Shown piece by piece: positions 1 through 10,622 of a DNA stretch of 64,000 nt. Position 1 is the first letter of the stretch. Each line of letters opens with the position of its first letter. The translations under genes were made by a program, and so were the position numbers. Source of the stretch: Antedon mediterranea. Taxonomy: Eukaryota; Animalia; Echinodermata. Location of the stretch: the NCBI RefSeq assembly GCF_964355755.1, contig NC_092673.1, positions 12,868,948 to 12,932,947 of the forward strand, given 5' to 3'. The notes beneath the pieces are model-generated. The model had not been told where the DNA came from and did no database searches. It was given only the letters and a program-made list of their open reading frames with translations.

Positions 1-767
1 TTCTAATTATGGTGGGCTAAGATCCTTTCATATTTGAAATTAAGTGCAAAGGTCGAGCAGCTCTCATATTTCAGCTCAAAAATTCTAAATTTCCATGGCT
101 GTAACAGGTTTTTTTTGGAGGGTGGGGGGGGGGGGAGAAGGGTTCGTGGGTTCGTGTTTGTGTCATTTGCAATTACCATTTCACCCCAGATATTTTTAGA
201 ATTATTAGTTATTACTCACAAAACTAAAAATACAATTTTTGAACGACATAGGGATACAATTTAGGCCCTATTTTGTGTCAGTTGGGGTTTTACAAACGTT
301 TATTAGACATACAACCGTTGGTGGCGCTGTTTAGGGCCACATTTTGGGGATCTGGCATTATTTTTCCCAATCTGGCATTATTTGAGACAGGATACGGCAT
401 AATTTAAATTTTATCGCTGGCAACGCTGCATGGAAATAGGAAATATTTTCATATAGGCCTACCCAACATGATATTCCTGGTTCATTATCAGCCCAAAAAA
501 CTGAACATCATTTGGATTGATTTTATAATGGTCATACACACAATAAGAAGGTATATATTTAAATAATATGAAATTAAAGTTACTTAAATAGACATAGGCT
601 AGCCCTACCCACACAGTGCATCGTAACTGAAACAATATGGGGATTTCCCTTTTCATTGAACGTTCATTTGAAGTAGAGACTGATTACGATGTGATAAAGG
701 CAATCAAACAAAATTATATCATTTGATTCTAATAAATATGTCCCCCCCCCCCCCCCCCCCCCCGTCG

Positions 768-1761
768 GGGAACACGGGTACTTTTTGTCGGGGAATATAA
801 TATACAGTAAAAAACGTTCGCGTTCACTTCATATAGCTTCATCGCCTAGAAAACCACGACGTTCCATTGACCGTGAGAGTACGTCAGAGGGCTAAGACTG
901 TGAGAGTACGTCAAAGGGCTATTATGCACTTTTATGCATTCATTATTGCCAGAGAGCTAACTACTAAACAATAGCTAGTACTCACTTGTTTGGCGGTATC
1001 CCTTTGTACGAATCGTTCACCATTGGGTCGAGACGCGTGATATCATGTTCCATCCAGGGACCAAAATGTGTAATGTAGTTATTTTCCCGGCGAAGTTTAC
1101 CGACGGTTACCGAAGGGAACACGGGTACTTTTTGTCGGGGAATATAATATACAGTAAACAACGTTCGAGTTCACTTGGTAGCTTCAGCGCCTAGAAAACC
1201 GCGACGTTTCATTGACCGTGAGAGTACGTCAGAGTGCTATTATGCAATGTATATGCATTCATTATTGCCAGCGATCTAACTTACTACTAAACATTAGCTA
1301 GGTACGCACTTGTCTGGCGGTATCCCTTTGTACGAATCGTTCAACGTTGGGTCGAGACGCGTGATATCAAGTTCCATCCAGGGACCAAAATGTGTAATGT
1401 AGTTATTTTCCAGGCGAAGTTTACCGACGGTTACCGAAGTGAACACGGGTACTTTTTGTCGGGGAATATAATATACAGTAAAAAGCGTTCGCGTTCACTT
1501 CGTAGCTTCAGCGCCTAGAAAACCGCGACGTTTCATTGACCGTGAGAGTACGTCAGAGTGATATTATGCAATGTATATGCATTCATTATTGCCAGCGATC
1601 TAACTTACTACTACTAAACAATAGCTAGGTACGCACTTGTCTGGCGGTATCCCTTTGTACGAATCGTTCAACGTTGGGTTGAGACGCGTGATATCAAGTT
1701 CCATCCAGGGACCAAAATGTGTAATGTAGTTATTTTCCAGGCGAAGTTTACCGACGGTTAC
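768..1761. repeat. Tandem repeat, 3 units of 324-347 bp, preceded by a C22 run
   Basis: Unit start aacacgggtactttttgtcggggaatataat recurs at 771, 1118 and 1442; each unit ends gaagtttaccgacggttac. A diverged partial monomer lies at ~24697-24820. Confidence 0.9.
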
Positions 1762-2469
1762 GTCGTGTACTGTGTCGACGTACGCCACACTACCGCAAAA
1801 ACGAATTATGTTAATTGTTCGTAAGTTGACCAATTTTTTAATTTACAAGTAACCTTCTGTACCGTGGGGCACCTAAAATAAATATTTCATCCATTACTAA
1901 ACAAAAAAACATGCCATTTTCGCTTAGCCAACATCTTATTATAGCTAAGTTATTAAAGTTTCAATGTCCTGTATGTCATGAATTTCTCACTACTCGGAAG
2001 TCCAGATGGACGCACGCATACACTTGGGAGGAATAAACTTATTTCCCCTACTGAAAAAGGTCTACGCTTGCGTTTTTAAAGTCTCTAGGCCTGATGTTTC
2101 CAAAGTATAAAATGCAATTATTTGAAGACCTGCAGCTCTAGTCTTAAACATTTTCTTAGCTCAGCCCCAACAATAAAGCTGGTCATATTTCGAAGTACAA
2201 GAAGTGCATTTTCCTGGACCTAACATCTCTATTTTTCAAACATTTCTTAGCTCAGTCACAACCATGATAGGGACTTATATATTTTGTTTCATGTTTTGAA
2301 GTATAAAAAGTCAAATTTCCGGGACCTCCAACTCTATTTTTCTAAATTTTCTTTGAACTTTAATTTTTTAAATTGAAAAATATGGATTGAAACAGTCATC
2401 GCGCATCGTTTTTTTGCACGCAGTATTTTATTTATGCATTATAAAAAATGGAAAAAGTGGCTACCCTAA

Positions 2470-2654
2470 ATCTGATTAAAATGACCTCAAATGACGCTAG
2501 AACGCGTTGCTTCCGGGGGATTCGCCACCTGGACTCCCACCGGGGGCCCTTGGCGGCCCCCTGGCCCCCAGCCTAGTGTTGCTCGCTTCGCTCGCATAGC
2601 CCCATCGTCGGGGAATGTAGCTCCCGCGTCGGGAAGATCCTGGCGCCACCACTG
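2470..2654. mobile_element. GC-rich terminal fragment of a putative non-autonomous DNA transposon (ends ...ggcgccaccactg)
   Basis: Abrupt GC-rich block ending in CACTG, i.e. a CAGTGG-type terminus on the other strand. It supplies the non-homologous first ~55 codons of ORF 2491-3147. The partner end was not found. Confidence 0.35.
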
Positions 2655-3147
2655 CATAGCATCGGACAAGTCCATCGATGAAATAACTGAGCTCTTTACC
2701 GATGTCATAAAAGTTGCCAAGGAAAAGGCAAATAAAGTGAAGATAGCCAGTATACCACCACGTTTGGACAGAAATCATGACCCTATGAAGCTTGAAACAG
2801 TTAATAACATAATGAAGACGGTAACGGAAGATAGTAACGTAATCTTCGTTAATAATGTTGACAACTTCAAATATAGAGACAACACTTTCGAGAGCACTCT
2901 TTTATCTTCTGATGGACTTCACTTGTCTGAAACTGGAGTAAAACGACTCTTGAGCAATCTCCAACTTGAGAACTGGACAGAATGCGATACATCCTTTCGT
3001 AGGCAAAATGGAATCGGAAGAGGAAACGAAAGAGGAAACGGAAGAGGATACAGACAAGGATACAGACAAGGAAACAATAGAAGATGCTACAATTGCGGCC
3101 AATCCGGACACATATCAAAGTTCTGTAGAAACAGTTACTGGGCTTAA
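2655..3147 (+). pseudogene. LINE ORF1 C-terminal part: SGNH/esterase-like domain, RG-rich linker, CCHC zinc knuckle
   Basis: KIASIPPR...FVNN...LLSSDGLHLSETG (DxxH motif of SGNH esterases), then GRG/YRQG repeats and CYNCGQSGHISKFC (CX2CX4HX4C). Confidence 0.8.
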
Positions 3148-5450
3148 AAATCTGATTGATAAATTATCAAATTGTAAAGGTTTGAAATTAGCTCATCTTA
3201 ATGCCAGAAGTATTATAAATAAGATTGATGAGTTTCGTATAATAGCACTAAAAGCAAAAATTGATGTTTTATGTGTATCTGAAACATGGCTACATGGGGG
3301 CATCAGTGATGGGTTTGTAGATATAGATGGATACAATATGATCCGTAAAGATCGTTCTGGAAAAAAAGGTGGTGGTGTTAGCATCTATATTAAGAATACC
3401 ATATCTTATAAAGAAAGATCTGATTTATATGTAAATGATCTGGAAGCTGTATGGCTGGAGCTATTAGGACAAAAAAGTCAAAATATTTTAATATGCTGTT
3501 TATACCGCCCTCCAAATGCAAATTATGAATATTTTAACTTAATTATTGATTTACTTGAAAAAGTTGGTATGGAAAACACTGAAATTGTACTACTCGACGA
3601 TTTTAATATTGATTGTGTCTTAAATGAGAACCTCTCGAAAAATCCTATCAATATGATCGAAAACATGTTTGTAATGACCCAGTTGATTCATGATAAAACA
3701 AGAGTTACATCACACTCATCAAGTTGTATTGATTTGGTACTAACAACAATTCCAGATCAGCACTATTTAAGTGGTGTTGCTAAAATAGCTTTAAGCGACC
3801 ATTTTATGGTTTACAGCTGTTTAAAATTTAAGGAAAAAGAAGCTAAACATAAAACAATATATTATAGAGATGAAGGGGCATTCTTACATGATATTTCCCA
3901 TTCTCAGAAATTACAAAATATTCACAATATTAATAACGTTGACAATGCATGGGGTACGTTTAAAAATTGCTTTCTAAATTTAAATAATAAACATGGGCCT
4001 ATAAAAAATTCAAGAATAAAAAATAGATTTTCTCTCTGGATAACTCCTGAAATTATAAAGTTAATGTACAAAAGAGATTATACTAAAAGCAAAGTAAATG
4101 TTAATAATCCAGGATTAAAAACTGAGTATAGAAGACTTAGAAATCTGGTTAACACTAACATTAAGAAAGCAAAGTATTTAACTATTTTAATAATGTAAAT
4201 ATAAAATATAAAAATAATCCAAAAAAAAATGTGGAACGAACTAAATAAACTAACTAGTAAAACGAAATCTAACATTAGTAAAACTATTGATTGCGAACAT
4301 TTTAATGAATACTTTACCAACATAGGAGTTAAGATGGCGCAGTCATTTGACGATACGCTGCCAAGTTGGAATAATCCACCTAGTGAATATTCCTTTAATT
4401 TTATAAATGTTGATGTAAATACCATTAAAAGGAAGCTTTATAATTTGCCAGAAAAAATTTTAGATGTTCTTGATTTTGATAGTAAATTGTTAAGGTTAGC
4501 AGCTCCGTACATTGCTTATCCATTGTGTCATATTGTGAATCTCTCTCTCATGTCTGGTCTTGTCCCAGCTGATTGGAAAGTAGCAAGGACAACTCCTATA
4601 TATAAAGGAAAGGGTAGTAAAGACAGTATGAGCAACTACAGACCAATATCTGTCGTTGCTCATATCGCAAAGATTATAGAGAGAGTGGTTCAGAAACAAA
4701 TCATTTCTTTTCTTAGTTTGTTTGATTTAATTAACATTGATCAATTTGCCTTTTTGAAAAACCATTCTACTGTAACATGCTTGCACAGAGTAGTTGATGA
4801 TTGGTTAGAAAGTTTTAATGACTCAGAGGTCGTCTGCGCTTGTTTCTTAGATATATCCAAGTGCTTTGACACGATAGATCACTCAATTTTGTTATTTAAG
4901 CTTTACAAATATGGTTTCCATGAAAATGTTGTTTACTGGTTTAGTAATTACTTAAAAAAACAGAAAACAGTTTGTATACTGTAACAATAACAAATCTACA
5001 CTTAAAGAAATCAATATTGGTGTTCCACAAGGAAGTGTCCTGGGACCCATCTTGTTTCTCATTTTCATAAATGATATTTCGCAGTCTATAGTAAATGGAA
5101 CTTGCAGCGTTTTTGCTGATGATGTTGTGGTTTACACCTCAGGTGATACTGCTAAGATAGTAAATGATTCATTACAAATAATTATTGATAACATTGGTAT
5201 TTTATGGTATGATGACAACCACCTCTCTATAAATACTGAAAAAACAAAGGTTATGTTACTAAGAAACAATCATACAGCTGACAGTAATGATTTAAATATA
5301 CAAATTGGAACCAGTAAATTAGAACAAGTTGATAGTATAAGGTATCTGGGAGTCGTAATCGATGAAATGTTAACTTGGAAACAAAATACTCAATGTATTA
5401 GTAAAAATATTGGATATAAAATAACAATGCTAGGTAAAATGGCTAGTAGT
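3008..5450 (+). pseudogene. LINE ORF2 endonuclease-reverse transcriptase, frameshifted and lacking its C-terminus
   Basis: APE motifs HLNARSI, SETWL, GGGV, YRPP, DFN, SDH (2966-4198). RT motifs NYRPIS and FLDISKCFDTIDH (4229-4984), GVPQGSVLGP (~5019-5048), FADD and YLGV (5052-5549). Frameshifts near 4190 and 4960. Confidence 0.9.
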
Positions 5451-5799
5451 TTGCGAATCTATTTGTCTCATAATAATAAATGTAATCATGGTACTGAACT
5501 TTGTATCAGTGCCACCTGGCATGTGAAAGTGCGACCAAAACATAAATAAAACTAAGTAAACACAATAATAAATCACAGAATGTATAATTTATTGAATTGT
5601 ATGCGTTGTATGTGTATATTTATACGGTACCGTTCTTATTTTGTTTGAATTATTAATATTATTTTAGGGGTCATTGTGAGACAAGTTTTACTTCTAATTT
5701 TGATTCCTAAGATGGTCTTATAATAATCGTTGATTATTGTTTATTGAAATATTGTTTGTTATATATTGTGACCATCTTAAATAAATGTTTATTGAAACT

Positions 5800-6403
5800 A
5801 GAATATTCAAAGAATACTTTACACTTCTATGAAACATACCTTACCAGGTTAACCTCATGTCTCTTGAAAACCGTCGCAACAAAATCCTTTTTTCAATTTA
5901 TTTTTTTATGGCTTTACTGACTGCTCTTCTGTCATCCAGAATCTCACTATCAATCCTAGACATACTAAAGACCTTACTTTTAATCATCTCTTTTCTCGAA
6001 CTTTGGCCCTTCGTAATTCTCCTATAAACCGCTTCCTTAATCTTTTGTCTCAGTTACCTTCCTCATTACGCGAATTAGCTGTTACTGAATCTTTTCCAAA
6101 TCTTTTATCATCTATTGACTCTTTCCTTCATGAGAATTATCTTGAATCTTACTTTTTTCTTGTATATTTAATTCAATTTTTTTGTATTTCATATTTGTTC
6201 TTTTTTTTCTGTATACTCACAGCTTTATATTTTATTTGTTTATACAATTATATATTAACCTATTTTAGTTAAGATCATGGGACTGCTGACTCTTGTAGTT
6301 ACAGTAATCGTATTACGTTAGCAGTCCCTGACCAATTTCATCTTTGTACATTGTATACCGGTATTATGTGTGTTGTTTGTCAAATAAATTAAATGAAATG
6401 AAA
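5800..6403 (+). mobile_element. 5'-truncated CR1/L2-type LINE 3' fragment with stem-loop and (AAATG)n tail
   Basis: Decayed YETYLTRL-NLMSLENRR C-terminal RT motif; hairpin gggactgctgac (6279)...gttagcagtccc (6328); tail aataaattaaatgaaatgaaa. Confidence 0.7.
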
Positions 6404-6419
6404 CCACGCAACTAGTTAA

Positions 6420-8230
6420 ACAATTACGGTACAATAAGTTCTAACACTATATAGCACAAAACAACATTTTATAAAATACACACTCAGCAATGAGATCTCC
6501 TATTCCATGCCTTACATACGTATTCTTTAGAGAATTCTTCTATTCTTCAAATAGGCCTAGAGGAATGTCTCTAATGATTGACATAAATGTTGCATTACGG
6601 TGCTGCTAATTTAACTTTGCATTTGATGTTTTTCTAATGTCATTTTTTGCTGCACAATCAAATAGGAAGTGTATGTTATCTTCAATTACATTAAGTGAAC
6701 ACAATGTGACGTTGCCATTTACACTATTGGCACATTTATACGTCCTTCTATCTAAAATCGTAACCTTCAATTTTAAAGAGATTCATCCAACCGGTTGAAC
6801 TTAATTGGTGAATTACACATGATGAAGAACGTGTGAGATATCTAAACAATGCAACTTTATTGTTTAAAGATATAGACCTAACATTTCCAAATTCTAAAAT
6901 GGTATAATAAAAAGGGCTTAGGCCTACACTAAGTTGGAGTTTACGTACTCCACCAGCCTTACTCCTTTTTCCGTGACTTTCGACGACTTGTTTCTGGTGG
7001 TAGCTTTGTTAGTGAGCAAACACTTGAGCTGCCCGGTTTATTTGTCAAGATTTTTACCAAATCACGGTTTCAGATTTATACGTTTGTTAGCGGATTAGTG
7101 ATAACTTCTGCTGCTTTCTTAAGAAATACGAATGTATATTTTCTGGGACAGGAGAAAGATTTTAACTCATTACTTAACTTTAACTAAACTCACTGACTCA
7201 CGCAAAGCCTTGTTAACGTTTCGATCTTTTTTTGATTATCATTAGGAATAAACAATACTCCAAAGACAATTATAATACTATGCCTAAGTATGTAAATGTG
7301 AGACATAAACAATTATCCATACAGAGTGTTACAAAGAATATCAAAACAAAGGAGGCAGACAGACAATTAAAAGTCAGATAAACAACAGCTTTTTGATGCT
7401 CTCAAACCACAATTCAAAGATGGTTTATTGCGGTGAATGGCTAAGGCCTCTTTGAGTAGTGACACAAATTATTAGAACTGTCAATTATTAATATTTTAGG
7501 ATAACTTTAATGCTAAATTTAACTGGCAACTTCTCATCAAGCAAGTTGTGAAGTGTTAAAATAATTATAGTTAAATGTTCTAACTCAATCATAAAACGGA
7601 TCCAAGATGCGATCCCATTGCCAGATACACCATCATTTTGTTTATACTGCAGCAATCATATTAATTTCTCTCTAATTAGTTTACTTACCGGTAGCGTATT
7701 TTTTAGAGAGTAGTGGTATATTCTTATTATAAACTCTACTAGAATCATGTCACTAGTCTTTGGAAGCAGAATGTTAGTGAACAAATACTGGACGTCAATG
7801 ACACAAAACGGTATCATTAATCATACAAGTCAGTGGGTAGACACAGAAACATCACTAATGACACTAAGATTTCAAAATCAGCATCAGTAATCCTGCCTTA
7901 AAAAGTGCTTTTCTTTAAATTAATCTCGCCATAGTTGAATTAAAGTCTCCAATCACAAAACATCCCATATCTCCTTGACTGAAATGTTTCGTCATCGTCT
8001 CACATAACTTTTAGTTGTGTTGATTTCACTACATACATACACACTTTTCTTCCATATAAATCTCAAATCTCAAAACTGGTCCCTGATATGCCTACACCAT
8101 TCTCCAAATATAAAGCAACACCTCTTCCTTAATGAATGATTTTGGTATGATTGTACACCTACGTTGAAATTAAGCAATGTTTAGACCATCCAGCTTTCTC
8201 AGGATTTATTTCTGTTCTGCATGATTTACA
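6420..8230 (-). mobile_element. Heavily decayed, internally deleted non-LTR retrotransposon
   Basis: Minus-strand motif relics in the expected order: ESW (~8195), GRGVALY (~8120), VIGDFNS (~7945), FLKKAAEVITNPLTNV (~7100) and a C-terminal zinc-finger relic LCSLNVIEDNIHFLFDC (~6650-6705). The RT core is missing. Confidence 0.65.
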
Positions 8231-8270
8231 GTGCAATATTCTAGTTTATAACTCAGCTCCTAATGATTAA

Positions 8271-8795
8271 AGATGTATTGTCTCTTTAATAAAAATAAAA
8301 AGATTTCGAAAAAAAGTAGGTCATTTTGAAGTATCATAATAGTCATTAACTTTCACCAAAAATTAGTCCAAAAAATAATAATTTAACTGAAATACAGACG
8401 TTTTTTTGTTGTTCAAAATGTAACTTTGACCTCCAGTCAAAGTTTTCGATCAAAACATATCTCATAATGCAACGCGCTTGTTTGGCTACTCTGTATGCAT
8501 AATCATAAAACTTCCTTGCGATCTGCGTGAGAACACCTTCTGAACTGTGACGTGTTGTAAACAATCCGAATTAGCATCTTGCATAATGCATACTCGTGGT
8601 TTAAAGTCTTTTTTTTACTTTCGCTCACGACGATTTTCCATACGAAATGTAATCAAATTAATTTACCTGTTAATTACGTAAACTTGTGAATTAATACTAA
8701 AGTTAATAACTTTAATATTACTTTGATAATATGGCCAATTTCAATTTAGAATATTTTGACCTTCATTTTTTTGTGTTTCAAGGGACAATACATCC
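8271..8795 (+). mobile_element. Kolobok-like MITE, family A
   Basis: TTAA|AGATGTATTGTC...GGGACAATACATCC|TTAA. AG...CT-type termini with a TTAA TSD fit the Kolobok superfamily. Homologous along its length to 11908-12445 and 62151-62665. Confidence 0.85.
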
Positions 8796-8855
8796 TTAAG
8801 AATCATAAATGGGTTTTAAAAATTAAATAATTTTGTGCTTCTCCTTTTCTTTTAT

Positions 8856-9150
8856 TCAAGTTCAAGTTCAAATTTATTCACAAAATGCAAACATATACCA
8901 AATATAAAAGATACAAGTGGTTGGAAATTAAGTAAATAATAGTTGCATTATGCCTGGAGAATACCATTTAAACCCCAAGGGGCTTTAAGCCTGGATCCAC
9001 CAGAAAGAATAAAAAAGTTAAAAATAATAATAATAAGCATAATGTGAAGGTTAGCTACTGACAGAGACGAACATGTACGACGATACAAACACGACAAGGA
9101 CGACAGGAAGGACAAACTGTATTTATATGATTTGCCTAATTAAATTTAAT
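8856..9150 (-). mobile_element. LINE 3' end fragment with (TTGAAC)n tail
   Basis: ttcaagttcaagttcaaatttatt = reverse complement of AATAAA plus a short-repeat tail, with a GC hairpin at ~8955-9003. No coding relic recognised. Confidence 0.4.
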
Positions 9151-9285
9151 TATAAGTTATTAATATGATCAAAATAATTAATTTACTTTTATATTTTGAT
9201 ATTATTGCAATTTCATTATTTGATAACAAATTAAGCTAAGCCATCTTACCGTTCCTGATTGTTTAATCCATCCTATCCAGCATAA

Positions 9286-9386
9286 AACAAGGCCATATAC
9301 ATGGCTGCAGTCGCGTGCTCGAGTTAGTGTTTACCGACCAACCGACCGACCCCAACCGACCGACATAGTGAGCTGTAGACTAAAAA
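9286..9386 (+). mobile_element. Short Helentron-associated (HINE/DINE-like) element; further copies at 34473-34573 and 63399-63430
   Basis: Shared aacaag(g/a)ccat...catggctgcagtcgc start. The 9286 and 34473 copies also share an (accg)n microsatellite and a gactaaaa end; the 34473 copy has a terminal agtcgcgttgcacctgact hairpin. Confidence 0.6.
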
Positions 9387-10622
9387 TACTCACTTTTAGT
9401 TCGTTTCCTTCTGAGAATCATATAATCATCATGTTCTGTATATGTTCCAATTTAAACGCAATGTTGTTATTTCACGCACACTACTACTTAGTACATTTTA
9501 ATTGGGTTTATTGAACCACATCTAAGCATATACGTTGCTTTAATTTGCAATTTCTCTTCAAATGTGGACTCTTTAAAAACGATCTTAACCTATAATTGTC
9601 GTGTTCTTTTATGTGTTAAGAAACTTGCTCGTTAATTCGGCCAGGCCAAATCAAGTAACAGTATATTGGTTCTTACCTTAAGTGAATCAGGAGGCAAATG
9701 AGATAATACTGTACCCGTATTGACTGCCTCCTCCTCTCTTGGATATGTTAATGTGTTATAGTGGTGCTGTCTATAATATCATGTGGTAGTGCGTTCAATT
9801 ATCTCTGATTCTTGTGTCAAAAAAAGTGTCTCTTGTTTTGTTGTTGTGCTTGGATTTTAGTATATTGTTTAGTGGCCTCTGAGGAAGTGACTGTTTTTTT
9901 TAGCCGATCATGGAAAAGAAGGTTGTAACGTCCGTTACAGCGTTCTCTTCTATAATCTGTTGTAATGGTAGGGAATCCGTGTATCCATTCATCAGCAGAT
10001 AGCTGTTGCAATTCTGACTTAATGGCTCTATTTTGCACTTTTTAAAGTTTTATAATGTAATCTTCAAGTTGGGAGACCATAAAATGCCTAACAAGGGTCT
10101 TAGAGGAAGAAACATATATCTTGATCTGTCTCTGTATGAGAAAATACTTTACGCTTAATCATTGCAATCATCGAATTTGCCTTAGACTCTACCAAAATGT
10201 ATAGACAATTTAAAGTCTGATGCAACTTTGTGCGGTGACTGTTTGATTTAGGCCTACTCCCAAAGTAGCTGTGACATTACAGCCATTTATTGTGTCTTCC
10301 GATGCTCTCTTTCTTTTATTCTCGGTATGATTTCTTATTTTGCGATAAGTGTCCGAATTAATTTCTTTATCTCATTAATGTTCTCTCAAATTTATTTTTC
10401 ATAACTAACCAAGGTCGATACAAGTCATTCACTTGCCTTCAAACAACTCTCTGCCTTCACAGACATAGAAAAAAACAGAAAACGACGTTTAGAGCTTTGT
10501 TTTTATTTCAAGCGTATATACGTTTGTCACTGACAGCGTGTCATAGTTTAGTCTATGTTTTTTTTTGCGTTTGTTGTGTGTTGTGTGTGTGTGTGTGTGT
10601 GGTCGGCAGTTAAAATTAAACG

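Larger units (their letters stand above)
2655..5800 (+). mobile_element. CR1/L2-group non-LTR retrotransposon (ORF1 remnant plus frameshifted ORF2)
   Basis: ORF1 remnant with SGNH-esterase-like motifs and a CCHC knuckle; ORF2 with APE and RT motifs split over three frames; AT-rich 3' region with AATAAA at ~5780. Confidence 0.92.

Noticed and set aside
639-649. GGGGATTTCCC as a functional NF-kB site
   Set aside because: No identifiable gene start nearby in the window; may be repeat-derived.
2491-2654. N-terminal 55 aa of ORF 2491-3147 as genuine ORF1 sequence
   Set aside because: No ATG; GC-rich sequence belonging to a different repeat; the open frame is a chance fusion.
9400-10300. Possible decayed Helitron helicase or LINE coding relic on the minus strand
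   Set aside because: Only vague motif resemblance with many stops; cannot be supported without a profile search.
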